Source of the DNA: the human T2T-CHM13v2.0 reference genome, Homo sapiens
Assembly (NCBI RefSeq): GCF_009914755.1
Contig: NC_060937.1
Length of the DNA: 64,000 nt
Direction: 5' to 3' (one strand)
The notes beneath the pieces were generated by a model, which saw only the letters and a program-made list of their open reading frames with translations, ran no database searches and was not told the origin of the DNA. Position 1 is the stretch's first letter. Each line of letters starts with the position of its first letter. Below are positions 14,591 through 32,725 of this stretch, piece after piece. A program made the position numbers and the translations under genes.

Positions 14591-17500
14591 TACACTGTAC
14601 ATAAAATACCAAAGAACCCCAAATATATATTATATACTGTACATGAAATATCAAAGTTCACAAACTATATATTATATAATGTACATAAAATATCAAAGTA
14701 CCCAAGGTATATATTCTATACTGTACAAAAAATATCAAAGTACGCAAACATGTATTATATACTGTACATAAAATATGAAATTACATCAAATATATATTAT
14801 ATTAGGTACATAAAATATGAAAGTACATCAAATATAGATTATATACTGTACATAAAATACCAAAGAACCCCAAATATATATTATATACTGTACATGAAAT
14901 ATCAAAGTTCACAAACTATATATTATATACTGTACATAAAATATCAAAGTACCCAAGGTATATATTCTATACTGTACAAAAAATATCAAAGTACCCAAAG
15001 CATGTATTATATAGTGTATATAAAATATGAAAGTACATCAAATATATATTTAATTCTGTACATAAAATATCAAAGTACACCAAATATATATTCTATACTG
15101 TACATAAAATATCAAAGTACCCAAACTATACATTATATACTGTACATAAAATATGAAATTACATCAAATATATATTATATTAGGTACATAAAATATGAAA
15201 GTACATCAAATATAGATTATACACTGTACATAAAATACCAAAGTACCCCAAATATATATTATATACTGTACATGAAATATCAAAGTTCACAAACTATATA
15301 TTATATACTGTACATAAAATATCAAAGTACCCAAGGTATATATTCTATACTGTACAAAAAATATCAAAGTTCCCAAAGCATGTATTATATACTGTTAATA
15401 AAATATGAAAGTACATCAAATATATATTTAATTCTGTACATAAAATATCAAAGTACACCAAATATATATTCTATAGTGTACATAAAATATCAAAGTACCC
15501 AAACTATACATTATATACTGTACATAAAATATGAAATTACATCAAATATATATTATATTAGGTACATAAAATATGAAAGTACATCAAATATAGATTATAT
15601 ACTGTACATAAAATACCAAAGTACCCCAAATACATATTATATACTGTACATGAAATATCAAAGTTCACAAACTATATATTGTATACTGTACATAAAATAT
15701 CAAAGTACCGAAGGGATATATTCTATAGTGTACAAAAAATATCAAAGTACCCAAAGCATGTATTATATACTGTACATAAAATATGAAAGTACATGAAATA
15801 TATATTTTATTCTGTACATAAAATATCAAAGTACACCAAATATATATTCTATAGTGTACATAAAATATCAAAGTACCCAGACTATACATTATATACTGTA
15901 CATAAAACATGAAATTACATCCAATATATATTATATTAGGTACATAAAATATGAAAGTACATCAAATATAAATTATATACTGTACATAAAATACCAAAGT
16001 ACCCCAAATATATATTATATACTGTACATGAAATATCAAAGTTCACAAACTATATATTATATACTGTACATAAAATATCAAAGTACCCAAGGTATATATT
16101 CTATACTGTACAAAAAATATCAAAGTACCCAAAGCATGTATTATATAGTGTATATAAAATATGAAAGTACATCAAATATATATTTAATTCTGTACATAAA
16201 ATATCAAAGTACACCAAATATATATTCTATAGTGTACATTAAATATCAAACTACCCAAACTATACATTATATACTGTACATAAAATATGAAATTACATCA
16301 AATATATATTATATTAGGTACATAAAATATGAAAGTACATCAAATATAGATTATACACTGTACATAAAATACCAAAGAACCCCAAATATATATTATATAC
16401 TGTACATGAAATATCAAAGTTCACAAACTATATATTATATACTGTACATAAAATATCAAAGTACCCAAGGTATATATTCTATACTGTACAAAAAATATCA
16501 AAGTACCCAAAGCATGTATTATATAGTGTATATAAAATATGAAAGTACATCAAATATATATTTAATTCTGTACATAAAATATCAAAGTACACCAAATATA
16601 TATTCTATACTGTACATAAAATATCAAAGTACCCAAACTATACATTATATACTGTACATAAAATATGAAATTACATCAAATATATATTATATTAGGTACA
16701 TAAAATATGAAAGTACATCAAATATAGATTATACACTGTACATAAAATACCAAAGAACCCCAAATATATATTATATACTGTACATGAAATATCAAAGTTC
16801 ACAAACTATATATTATATAATGTACATAAAATATCAAAGTACCCAAGGTATATATTCTATACTGTACAAAAAATATCAAAGTACGCAAACATGTATTATA
16901 TACTGTACATTAAATATGAAATTACATCAAATATATATTATATTAGGTACATAAAATATGAAAGTACATCAAATATACATTATATACTGTACATAAAATA
17001 CCAAAGAACCCCAAATATATATTATATACTGTACATGAAATATCAAAGTTCACAAACTATATATTATATACTGTACATAAAATATCAAAGTACCGAAGGG
17101 ATATATTCTATAATGTACAAAAAATATCAAAGTACCCAAAGCATGTATTATATACTGTACATAAAATATGAAAGTACATGAAATATATATTTTATTCTGT
17201 ACATAAAATATCAAAGTACACCAAATATATATTCTATAGTGTACATAAAATATCAAAGTACCCAGACTATACATTATATACTGTACATAAAACATGAAAT
17301 TACATCCAATATATATTATATTTGGTACATAAAATATGAAAGTACATCAAATATAAATTATATACTGTACATAAAATACCAAAGTACCCCAAATATATAT
17401 TATATACTGTACATGAAATATCAAAGTTCACAAACTATATATTATATACTGTACATAAAATATCAAAGTACCCAAGGTATATATTCTATACTGTACAAAA

Positions 17501-20250
17501 AATATCAAAGTTCCCAAAGCATGTATTATATACTGTTAATAAAATATGAAAGTACATCAAATATATATTTAATTCTGTACATAAAATATCAAAGTACACC
17601 AAATATATATTCTATAGTGTACATAAAATATCAAAGTACCCAAACTATACATTATATACTGTACATAAAATATGAAATTACATCAAATATATATTATATT
17701 AGGTACATAAAATATGAAAGTACATCAAATATAGATTATATACTGTACATAAAATACCAAAGTACCCCAAATACATATTATATACTGTACATGAAATATC
17801 AAAGTTCACAAACTATATATTGTATACTGTACATAAAATATCAAAGTACCGAAGGGATATATTCTATAGTGTACAAAAAATATCAAAGTACCCAAAGCAT
17901 GTATTATATACTGTACATAAAATATGAAAGTACATGAAATATATATTTTATTCTGTACATAAAATATCAAAGTACACCAAATATATATTCTATAGTGTAC
18001 ATAAAATATCAAAGTACCCAGACTATACATTATATACTGTACATAAAACATGAAATTACATCCAATATATATTATATTAGGTACATAAAATATGAAAGTA
18101 CATCAAATATAAATTATATACTGTACATAAAATACCAAAGTACCCCAAATATATATTATATACTGTACATGAAATATCAAAGTTCACAAACTATATATTA
18201 TATACTGTACATAAAATATCAAAGTACCCAAGGTATATATTCTATACTGTACAAAAAATATCAAAGTACCCAAAGCATGTATTATATAGTGTATATAAAA
18301 TATGAAAGTACATCAAATATATATTTAATTCTGTACATAAAATATCAAAGTACACCAAATATATATTCTATAGTGTACATTAAATATCAAACTACCCAAA
18401 CTATACATTATATACTGTACATAAAATATGAAATTACATCAAATATATATTATATTAGGTACATAAAATATGAAAGTACATCAAATATAGATTATACACT
18501 GTACATAAAATACCAAAGAACCCCAAATATATATTATATACTGTACATGAAATATCAAAGTTCACAAACTATATATTATATACTGTACATAAAATATCAA
18601 AGTACCCAAGGTATATATTCTATACTGTACAAAAAATATCAAAGTACCCAAAGCATGTATTATATAGTGTATATAAAATATGAAAGTACATCAAATATAT
18701 ATTTAATTCTGTACATATAATATCAAAGTACACCAAATATATATTCTATACTGTACATAAAATATCAAAGTACCCAAACTATACATTATATACTGTACAT
18801 AAAATATGAAATTACATCAAATATATATTATATTAGGTACATAAAATATGAAAGTACATCAAATATAGATTATACACTGTACATAAAATACCAAAGAACC
18901 CCAAATATATATTATATACTGTACATGAAATATCAAAGTTCACAAACTATATATTATATAATGTACATAAAATATCAAAGTACCCAAGGTATATATTCTA
19001 TACTGTACAAAAAATATCAAAGTACGCAAACATGTATTATATACTGTACATTAAATATGAAATTACATCAAATATATATTATCTTAGGTACATAAAATAT
19101 GAAAGTACATCAAATATACATTATATAATGTACATAAAATACCAAAGTACCCCAAATATATATTATATACTGTACATGAAATATCAAAGTTCACAAACTA
19201 TATATTATATACTGTACATAAAATATCAAAGTACCGAAGGGATATATTCTATAATGTACAAAAAATATCAAAGTACCCAAAGCATGTATTATATACTGTA
19301 CATAAAATATGAAAGTACATCAAATATATATTTTATTCTGTACATAAAATATCAAAGTACACCAAATATATATTCTATAGTGTACATAAAATATCAAAGT
19401 ACCCAGACTATACATTATATACTGTACATAAAACATGAAATTACATCCAATATATATTATATTTGGTACATAAAATATGAAAGTACATCAAATATAAATT
19501 ATATACTGTACATAAAATACCAAAGTACCCCAAATATATATTATATACTGTACATGAAATATCAAAGTTCACAAACTATATATTATATACTGTACATAAA
19601 ATATCAAAGTACCCAAGGTATATATTCTATACTGTACAAAAAATATCAAAGTTCCCAAAGCATGTATTATATACTGTTAATAAAATATGAAAGTACATCA
19701 AATATATATTTAATTCTGTACATAAAATATCAAAGTACACCAAATATATATTCTATAGTGTACATAAAATATCAAAGTACCCAAACTATACATTATATAC
19801 TGTACATAAAATATGAAATTACATCAAATATATATTATATTAGGTACATAAAATATGAAAGTACATCAAATATATATTATATACTGTACATAAAATACCA
19901 AAGTACCCCAAATACATATTATATACTGTACATGAAATATCAAAGTTCACAAACTATATATTGTATACTGTACATAAAATATCAAAGTACCGAAGGGATA
20001 TATTCTATACTGTACAAAAAATATCAAAGTACCCAAAGCATGTATTATATACTGTACATAAAATATGAAAGTACATGAAATATATATTTTATTCTGTACA
20101 TAAAATATCAAAGTACACCAAATATATATTCTATAGTGTACATAAAATATCAAAGTACCCAGACTATACATTATATACTGTACATAAAACATGAAATTAC
20201 ATCCAATATATATTATATTAGGTACATAAAATATGAAAGTACATCAAATA
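14590..20250 (+). repeat. Block B, left copy (~5.7 kb, partner at +20,533), built of 2,141-bp super-repeats
   Basis: ORFs at 14750, 15854, 16891, 17239, 17995 and 19032 recur at 35283, 36387, 37424, 37772, 38528 and 39565. The marker GTACGCAAACATG has its ATG at 14750, 16891 and 19032. Confidence 0.9.
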
Positions 20251-20939
20251 TATATTATATACTGTACATAAAATACAAAAGTACCCCAAATACATATTAT
20301 ATACTGTACATGAAATATCAAAGTTCACAAACTATATATTATATACTGTACATAAAATATCAAAGTACCGAAGGTAAATATTCTATACTGTACAAAAAAT
20401 ATCAAAGTACCAAAAGCATGTATTATATACTGTACATAAAATATGATCGTACATCAAATATATATTTTATTCTGTACATAAAATATCAAAGTACACCAAA
20501 TATATATTCTATAGTGTACATAAAATATCAAAGTACCCAAACTATACATTATATACTGTACATAAAACATGAAATTACATCAAATATATATTATATTTGG
20601 TACATAAAATATGAAAGTACATCAAATATAAATTATATACTGTACATAAAATACCAAAGTACCCCAAATATATATTATATACTGTACATGAAATATCAAA
20701 GTTCACAAACTATATATTATATACTGTACATAAAATATCAAAGTACCGAAAGTATATATTCTATACTGTACAAAAAATATCAAAGTACCCAAAGCATGTA
20801 TTATATACTGTACATACAATATGAAAGTACATCAAATATATATTTTATTCTGTACATAAAATATCAAAGTACACCAAATATATATTCTATAGTGTACATA
20901 AAATATCAAAGTACCCAAACTATACATTATATACTGTAC

Positions 20940-23900
20940 ATAAAATATGAAATTACATCAAATATATATTATATTAGGTACATAAAATATGAAAGTACAT
21001 CAAATATAGATTATATACTGTACATAAAATACCAAAGGACCCCAAATATATATTATATACTGCACATGAAATATCAAAGTTCACAAACTATATATTATAT
21101 ACTGTACATAAAATATCAAAGTACCCAAGGTATATATTCTATACTGTACAAAAAATATCAAAGTACCCAAAGCATGTATTATATACTGTTCATAAAATAT
21201 GAAAGTACATCAAATATATATTTTATTCTGTACATAAAATATCAAAGTACACCAAATATATATTCTATAGTGTACAACAAATATCAAACTACCCAATCTA
21301 TACATTATATACTGTACATAAAATATGAAATTACATCAAATATATATTATATTAGGTACATAAAATATGAAAGTACATCAAATATATATTATATACTCTA
21401 TATAAAATACCAAATTACCCCAAATACATATTATATACTGTACATGCAATATCAACGTTCACAAACCATATATTATATACTGTACATAAAATATCAAAGT
21501 ACCAAAGCTATATATTCTATACTGTACAAAAAATATCAAAGTACCCAAAGCATGTATTATATACTGTACATAAAATATGAAAGTACATCAAATATATATT
21601 TTATTCTGTACATAAAATATCAAAATACACCAAATATATATTCTATAGTGTACATAAAATATCAAAGTACCCAAACTATACATTATATACTGTACATAAA
21701 ATATGAAATTACATCAAATATATATTATATTAGGTACATAAAATATGAAAGTACATCAAATATAAATTATATACTGTACATAAAATACCAAAGTACCCCA
21801 AATATATATTATATACTGTACATGAAATATCAAAGTTCACAAACTATATATTATATACTGTACATAAAATATCAAAGTACCAAAGGTATATATTCTATAC
21901 TGTACAAAAAATATCAAAGTACGCACAACATGAATTATATACTGTACATAAAATATGAAAGTACATCAAATATATATTTTATTCTGTACATAAAATATCA
22001 AAGTACACCAAATATATATTCTATAGTGTACATAAAATATCAAAGTACCCAAACTATACATTATATACTGTACATAAAATATGAAATTACATCAAATATA
22101 TATTATATTAGGTACATAAAATATGAAAGTACATCAAATATAGATTATATACTGTACATAAAATACTAAAGAACCCCAAATATATATTATATACTGCACA
22201 TGAAATATCAAAGTTCACAAACTATATATTATATACTGTACATAAAATATCAAAGTACCCAAGGTATATATTCTATACTGTACAAAAAATATCAAAGTAC
22301 CCAAAGCATGTATTATATACTGTTCATAAAATATGAAAGTACATCAAATATATATTTTATTCTGTACATAAAATATCAAAGTACACCAAATATATATTCT
22401 ATAGTGTACAACAAATATCAAACTACCCAAACTATACATTATATACTGTACATAAAATATGAAATTACATCAAATATATATTATATTAGGTACATAAAAT
22501 ATGAAAGTACATCAAATATAAATTATATACTGTACATAAAATACCAAAGAACCCCAAATATATATTATATACTGTACATGAAATATCAAAGTTCACAAAC
22601 TATATATTATATATTGTACATAAAATATCAAAGTACCCAAGGTATATATTCTATACTCTACAAAAAATATCAAAGTACCCAAAGCATGTATTATATACTG
22701 TTCATAAAATATGAAAGTACATCAAATATATATTTTATTCTGTACATAAAATATCAAAGTATACCAAATATATATTCTATAGTGTACATTAAATATCAAA
22801 CTACCCAAACTATACATTATATACTGTGCATAAAATATGAAATTACATCAAATATATATTATATTAGGTACATAAAATATGAAAGTACATCAAATATAAA
22901 TTATATACTGTACATAAAATACCAAAGAACCCCAAATATATATTATATACTGTACATGAAATATCAAAGTTCACAAACTATATATTATATACTGTACATA
23001 AAATATCAAAGTACCCAAGTTATATATTCTATACTGTACAAAAAATATCAAAGTACCCAAAGCATGTATTATATACTGTTCATAAAATATGAAAGTACAT
23101 CAAATATATATTTTATTCTGTACATAAAATATCAAAGTACACACAATATATATTCTATAGTGTACAACAAATATCAAACTACCCAAACTATACATTATAT
23201 ACTGTACATAAAATATGAAATTACATCAAATATATATTATATTAGGTACATAAAATATGAAAGTACATCAAATATATATTATATACTCTACATAAAATAC
23301 CAAAGTACCCCAAATACATATTATATACTGTACATGCAATATCAAAGTTCACAAACCATATATTATATACTGTACATAAAATATCAAAGTACCAAAGCTA
23401 TATATTCTATACTGTACAAAAAATATCAAAGTACCCAAAGCATGTATTACATACTGTACATAAAATATGAAAGTACATCAAATATATATTTTATTCTGTA
23501 CATAAAATATCAAAGTACACCAAATATATATTCTATAGTGTACATAAAATATCAAATTACCCAAACTATACATTATATCCTGTACATAAAATATGAAATT
23601 ACATCAAATATATATTATATTAGGTACATAAAATATGAAAGTACATCAAATATAAATTATATACTGTACATAAAATACCAAAGAACCTCAAATATATATT
23701 ATATACTGTACATGAAATATCAAAGTTCACAAGCTATATATTATATATTGTACATAAAATATCAAAGTACCCAAGGTATATATTCTATACTGTACAAAAA
23801 ATATCAAAGTACCCAAAGCATGTATTATATACTGTTCATAAAATATGAAAGTACATCAAATATATATTTTATTCTGTACATAAAATATCAAACTACACCA

Positions 23901-26900
23901 GATATATATTCTATAGTGTACATAAAATATCAAAGTACCCAAACTATACATTATATACTGTACATAAAATATGAAATTACATCAAATATATATTATATTA
24001 GGTACATAAAATATGAAAGTACATCAAATATATATTATATACTGTACATAAAATACAAAAGTACCCCAAATACATATTATATACTGTACATTGAATATCA
24101 AAGTTCACAAACTATATATTATATACTGTACATAAAATATCAAAGTACCGAAGGTATATATTCTATACTGTAAAAAAATATCAAAGTACGCAAAGCATGT
24201 ATTATATACTGTACATAAAATATGAAAGTACATCAAATATATATTTTATTCTGTACATAAAATATCAAAGTACACCAAATATATATTCTATAGTGTACAT
24301 AAAATATCAAAGTACCCAAACTATACATTATATACTGTACATAAAATATGAAATTACATCAAATATATATTATAATAGGTACATAAAATATGAAAGTACA
24401 TCAAATATAAATTATATACTGTACATAAAATACCAAAGAACCCCAAATATATATTATATACTGTACATGAAATATCAAAGTTCACAAACTATATATTATA
24501 TACTGTATATAAAATATCAAAGTACCCAAGTTATATATTCTATACTGTACAAAAAATATCAAAGTACCCAAAGCATGTATTATATAGTGTTCATAAAACA
24601 TGAAAGTACATCAAATATATATTTTATTCTGTACATAAAATATCAAAGTACACCAAATATATATTCTATAGTGTACATTAAATATCAAAATACCCAAACT
24701 GTACATTATATACTGTACATAAAATATGAAATTACATCAAATATATATTATATTAGGTACATAAAATATGAAAGTACATCAAATATAGATTACATACTGT
24801 ACAAAAAATACCAAAGTACCCCAAATACATATTATATACTGTACATGAAATATCAAAGTTCACAAACTATATATTATATACTGTACATAAAATATCAAAG
24901 TACCGAAGGTATATATTCTATACTGTACAAAAAATATCAAAGTACCCAAAGCATGTATTATATACTGTACATAAAATATGAAAGTACATCAAATATATAT
25001 TTTATTCTGTACATAAAATATCAAAGTACACCAAATATATATTCTATAGTGTACATAAAATATCAAAAGTACCCAAACTATACATTATATACTGTACATA
25101 AAATATGAAATTACATCAAATATATATTATAATAGGTACATAAAATATGAAAGTACATCAAATATAGATTATATACTGTACATAAAATACCAAAGAACCC
25201 CAAATATATATTATATACTGTACATGAAATATCAAAGTTCACAAACTATATATTATATACTGTATATAAAATATCAAAGTACCCAAGGTATATATTCTAT
25301 ACTGTACAAAAAATATCAAAGTACCCAAAGCATGTATTATATACTGTTCATAAAATATGAAAGTACATCAAATATATATTTTATTCTGTACATAAAATAT
25401 CAAAGTACACCAAATATATATTCTATAGTGTACATAAAATATCAAAGTACCCAAACCATACATTATATACTGTACATAAAATATGAAATTACATCAAATA
25501 TATATTATATTAGGTACATAAAATATGAAAGTACATCAAATATAGATTACATACTGTACATAAAATACCAAAGTACCCCAAATACATATTATATACTGTT
25601 CATGAAATATCAAAGTTCACAAACTAAATATTATATACTATACATAAAATATCAAAGTACCGAAAGTATATATTCTATACTGTACAAAAAATATCAAAGT
25701 ACCCAAAGCATGTATTATATGCGGTACATATAATATGAAAGTACATCAAATATATATTTTATTCTGTACATAAAATATCAAAGTACACCAAATATATATT
25801 CTATAGTGTACATAAAATATCAAAGTACCCAAACTATACATTATATACTGTACATAAAATATGAAATTACATCAAATATATATTATATTAGGTACATAAA
25901 ATATGAAAGTACATCAAATATAAATTATATACTGTACATAAAATACCAAAGTACCCCAAATATATATTATATACTGTACATGCAATATCAAAGTTCACAA
26001 ACTATATATTATATACTGTACATAAAATATCAAAGTACCGAAGGTATATATTCTATACTCTACAAAAAATATCAAAGTACGCAAAGCATGTATTATATAC
26101 TGTACATAAAATATGAATGTACATCAAATATATATTTTATTCTGTACATAAAATATCAAAATACACCAAATATATATTCTATAGTGTACATAAAATATCA
26201 AAGTACCCAAACTATACATAATAATCTGTACATAAAATATGAAATTACATCAAATATATACTATATTATGTACATAAAATATGAAAGTACATCAAATATA
26301 GATTATATACTGTACATAAAATACCAAAGTACCCCAAATACATATTTTATACTGTACATGCAATATCAAAGTTCACAAACTATATATTATATACTGTACA
26401 TAAAATATCAAAGTACCGAAAGTATATATTCTATACTGTACAAAAAATATCAAAGTACCCAAAGCATGTATTATATTCTGTACATAAAATATGAAAGTAC
26501 ATCAAATATATATTTAATTCTGTACATAAAATATCAAAGTACACCAAATATATATTCTATAGTGTACTTAAAATATCAAAGTACCCAAACTGTACACTAC
26601 ATACTGTACATAAAATATGAAATTACATCAAATATATATTATATTAGGTACATAAAATATGAAAGTACATCAAATATAGATTATATACTGTACATAAAAT
26701 ACCAAAGTACCCCAAATACATATTATATACTGTACATGAAATATCAAAGTTCACAAACTATATATTATATACTGTACATAAAATATCAAAGTACCGAAGG
26801 TATATATTCTATACTGTACAAAAAATATCAAAGTACCCAAAGCAAGTATTATATACTGTACATAAAATATGAAAGTACATCAAATATATATTTTATTCTG

Positions 26901-29580
26901 TACATAAAATATCAAAGTACACCAAATATATATTCTATAGTGTACATAAAATATCAAAGTACCCAAACTGTACACTACATACTGTACATAAAATATGAAA
27001 TTACATCAAATATATATTATATTAGGTACATAAAATATGAAAGTACATCAAATATACATTATATACTGTACATAAAATACCAAAGTACCCCAAATATATA
27101 TTATATACTGTACATGAAATATCAAATTTCACAAACTATATATTATATACTGTACATAAAATATCAAAGTACCGAAGCTATATATTCTATACTGTAAAAA
27201 AATATCAAAGTACCCAAAGCATGTATTATATACTGTACATAAAATATGAAAGTACATCAAATATATATTTTATTCTGTACATAAAATATCAAAGTACACC
27301 AAATATATATTCTATAGTGTACATAAAATATCAAAGTACCCAAACTATACATTATATACTGTACATAAAATATGAAATTACATCAAATATATATTATATT
27401 AGGTACATAAAATATGAAAGTACATCAAATATAGATTATATACTGTACATAAAATACCAAAGTACCCCAAATACATATTATATACTGTACATGCAATATC
27501 AAAGTTCACAAACTATATATTATATACTGTACATAAAATATCAAAGTACCCAAGGTATATATTCTATACTGTACAAAAAATATCAAAGTACCCAAAGCAT
27601 GTATTATATACTGTACATAAAATATGAAAGTACATCAAATATATATTTTATTCTGTACATAAAATGTAAAAGTACACCAAATATATATTCTATAGTGTAC
27701 ATAAAATATCAAAGTACCCAAACTATACATTATATACTGTACATAAAATATGAAATTACATCAAATATATATTATATTAGGTACATAAAATATGAAAGTA
27801 CATCAAATATAAATTATATACTGTATATAAAATACCAAAGAATCCCAAATATATATTATATACTGTACATGAAATATCAAAGTTCACAAACTATATATTA
27901 TATACTGTATATAAAATATCAAAGTACCCAAGGTATATATTCTATACTGTACAAAAAATATCAAAGTACCCAAAGCATGTATTATATACTGTTCATAAAA
28001 TATGAAAGTACATCAAATATATATTTTATTCTGTACATAAAATATCAAAGTACACCAAATATATATTCTATAGTGTACATAAAATATCAAAGTACCCAAA
28101 CTATACATTATATACTGTACATAAAATATGAAATTACATCAAATATATATTATATTAGGAAAATAAAATATGAAAGTATATGAAATATATATTATATACT
28201 GTACATAAAATACCAAAGTACCCCAAATACATATTATATACTGTACATGAAATATCAAAGTTCACAAACTATATATTATATACTGTACATAAAATATCAA
28301 AGTACCCATGGTACATATTCTATACTGTACAAAAAATATCAAAGTACCCAAAGCAAGTATTATGTACTGTACATAAAATATGAAAGTACATCAAATATAT
28401 ATTTTATTCTGTACATAAAATATCAAAGTACACCAAATATATATTCTATAGTTTACATAAAATATCAAAGTACCCAAACTATACATTATATACTGTACGT
28501 AAAATATGAAATTACATCAAATATATATTATATTAGGTACATAAAATATGAAAGTACATCAAATATAAATTTTATACTGCACATAAAATGCCAAAGTACC
28601 CCAAATATATATTATATACTGTACATGCAATATCAAAGTTCACAAACTATATATTATATACTGTACATAAAATATCAAAGTACCGAAGGTATATATTCTA
28701 TACTGTACAAAAAATATCAAAGTACGCAAAGCATGTATTATATACTGTACATAAAATATGAAAGTACATCAAATATATATTACATTAGGTACATAAAATA
28801 TGAAAGTATATCAAATATAAATTATATACTGTACATAAAATACCAAAGAACCCCAAATATATACTATATACTGTACATGAAATATCAAAGTTCACAAACT
28901 ATATATTATATACTGTACATAAAATGTCAAAGTACTGAAGGTATATATTCTATACTGTACAAAAAATATCAAAGTACCCAAAGCAAGTATTATATACTGT
29001 ACATAAAATATGAAAGTACATCAAATATGTATTTTATTCTGTACACAAAATATCAAAGTACACCAAATATATATTCTATAGTGTACATAAAATATCAAAG
29101 TACCCAAACTATACATTATATACTGTACATAAAATATGAAATTACATCAAATATATATTATATTAGGTACATAAAATATGAAAGTACATCAAATATAGAT
29201 TATATACTGTACATAAAATACCAAAGTACCCCAAATACATATTATATACTGTACATGCAATATCAAATTTCACAAACTATATATTATATACTGTACATAA
29301 AATATCAAAGTACCGAAGGTATATATTCTATACTGTACAAAAAATATCAAAGTACCCAAAGCAAGTATTATATACTGTACATAAAATATGAAAGTACATC
29401 AAATATATATTTTATTCTGTACATAAAATATCAAAGTACACCAAATATATATTCTATAGTGTACATAAAATATCAAAGTACCCAAACTGTACACTACATA
29501 CTGTACATAAAATATGAAATTACATCAAATATATATTATATTAGGTACATAAAATATGAAAGTACATCAAATATAGATTA
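20940..29580 (+). repeat. Block A', right copy of the ~8.6 kb duplication
   Basis: Matches 5950-14590 at a constant offset of 14,990, including the 1-bp indels (about 9183/24173, 10076/25066, 12207/27197). Confidence 0.9.
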
Positions 29581-30224
29581 TATACTGTACATAAAATACC
29601 AAAGTACCCCAAATACATATTATATACTGTACATGAAATATCAAAGTTCACAAACTATATATTATATACTGTACAAAAAATATCAAAGTACCGAAGGTAT
29701 ATATTCTATACTGTACAAAAAATATCAAAGTACCCAAAGCAAGTATTATATACTGTACATAAAATATGAAAGTACATCAAATATATATTTTATTCTGTAC
29801 ATAAAATATCAAAGTACACCAAATATATATTCTATAGTGTACATAAAATATGAAATTACCCAAACTATACATTATATACTGTACATAAAATATGAAATTA
29901 CATCAAATATGTATTATATTAGGTACATAAAATATGAAAGTACATCAAATATATATTATATACTGTACATAAAATACCAAAGTACCCCAAATATACATTA
30001 TATACTGTACATGAAATATCAAAGTTCACAAACTATATATTATATACTGTACATAAAATATCAAAGTACCAAAGATATATATTCTATACTCTACAAAAAA
30101 TATCAAAGTACCCAAAGCATGTATTATATACTGTACATAAAATATGAAAGTACATCAAATATATATTTTATTCTGTACATAAAATATCAAAGTACACCAA
30201 ATATATATTCTATAGTGTACATAA

Positions 30225-32725
30225 AATATCAAAGTACCTAAACGGTACACTACATACTGTACATAAAATATGAAATTACATCAAATATATATTATATTAG
30301 GTACATAAAATATGAAAGTACATCAAATATACATTATATACTGTACATAAAATACCAAAGTACCCCAAATATATATTATATACTGTACATGAAATATCAA
30401 ATTTCACAAACTATATATTATATACTGTACATAAAATATCAAAGTACCGAAGCTATATATTCTATACTGTAAAAAAATATCAAAGTACCCAAAGCATGTA
30501 TTATATACTGTACATAAAATATGAAAGTACATCAAATATATATTTTATTCTGTACATAAAATATCAAAGTACACCAAATATATATTCTATAGTGTACATA
30601 AAATATCAAAGTACCCAAACTATACATTATATACTGTACATAAAATATGAAATTACATCAAATATATATTATATTAGGTACATAAAATATGAAAGTACAT
30701 CAAATATAGATTATATACTGTACATAAAATACCAAGGTACCCCAAATACATATTATATACTGTACATGCAATATCAAAGTTTACAAACTATATATTATAT
30801 ACTGTACATAAAATATCAAAGTACCCAAGGTATATATTCTATACTGTACAAAAAATATCAAAGTACCCAAAGCATGTATTATATACTGTACATAAAATAT
30901 GAAAGTACATCAAATATATATTTTATTCTGTACATAAAATGTAAAAGTACACCAAATATATATTCTATAGTGTACATAAAATATCAAAGTACCCAAACTA
31001 TACATTATATACTGTACATAAAATATGAAATTACATCAAATATATATTATATTAGGTACATAAAATATGAAAGTACATCAAATATAAATTATATACTGTA
31101 TATAAAATACCAAAGAATCCCAAATATATATTATATACTGTACATGAAATATCAAAGTTCACAAACTATATATTATATACTCTATATAAAATATCAAAGT
31201 ACCCAAGGTATATATTCTATACTGTACAAAAAATATCAAAGTACCCAAAGCATGTATTATATACTGTTCATAAAATATGAAAGTACATCAAATATATATT
31301 TTATTCTGTACATAAAATATCAAAGTACACCAAATATATATTCTATAGTGTACATAAAATATCAAAGTACCCAAACTATACATTATATACTGTACATAAA
31401 ATATGAAATTACATCAAATATATATTATATTAGGAAAATAAAATATGAAAGTATATGAAATATATATTATATACTGTACATAAAATACCAAAGTACCCCA
31501 AATACATATTATATACTGTACATGAAATATCAAAGTTCACAAACTATATATTATATACTGTACATAAAATATCAAAGTACCCATGGTACATATTCTATAC
31601 TGTACAAACAATATCAAAGTACCCAAAGCAATTATTATGTACTGTACATAAAATATGAAAGTACATCAAATATATATTTTATTCTGTACATAAAATATCA
31701 AAGTACACCAAATATATATTCTATAGTTTACATAAAATATCAAAGTACCCAAACTATACATTATATACTGTACATAAAATATGAAATTACATCAAATATA
31801 TATTATATTAGGTACATAAAATATGAAAGTACATCAAATATAAATTTTATACTGCACATAAAATGCCAAAGTACCCCAAATATATATTATATACTGTACA
31901 TGCAATATCAAAGTTCACAAACTATATATTATATACTGTACATAAAATATCAAAGTACCGAAGGTATATATTCTATACTGTACAAAAAATATCAAAGTAC
32001 GCAAAGCATGTATTATATACTGTACATAAAATATGAAAGTACGTCAAATATATATTACATTAGGTACATAAAATATGAAAGTATATCAAATATAAATTAT
32101 ATACTGTACATAAAATACCAAAGAACCCCAAATATATACTATATACTGTACATGAAATATCAAAGTTCACAAACTATATATTATATACTGTACATAAAAT
32201 GTCAAAGTACTGAAGGTATATATTCTATACTGTACAAAAAATATCAAAGTACCCAAAGCAAGTATTATATACTGTACATAAAATATGAAAGTACATCAAA
32301 TATGTATTTTATTCTGTACACAAAATATCAAAGTACACCAAATATATATTCTATAGTGTACATAAAATATCAAAGTACCCAAACTATACATTATATACTG
32401 TACATAAAATATGAAATTACATCAAATATATATTATATTAGGTACATAAAATATGAAAGTACATCAAATATAGATTATATACTGTACATAAAATACCAAA
32501 GTACCCCAAATACATATTATATACTGTACATGCAATATCAAATTTCACAAACTATATATTATATACTGTACATAAAATATCAAAGTACCGAAGGTATATA
32601 TTCTATACTGTACAAAAAATATCAAAGTACCCAAAGCAAGTATTATATACTGTACATAAAATATGAAAGTACATCAAATATATATTTTATTCTGTACATA
32701 AAATATCAAAGTACACCAAATATAT
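30225..32725 (+). repeat. Third, slightly diverged copy of the distal part of block A (offset 3,275 from about 26950-29450)
   Basis: ORFs 27221, 28180 and 28247 recur at 30496, 31455 and 31522 with a few substitutions. The marker TAGGAAAATAAAATATGAAAGTATATGA is shared at about 13166, 28156 and 31431. Confidence 0.85.
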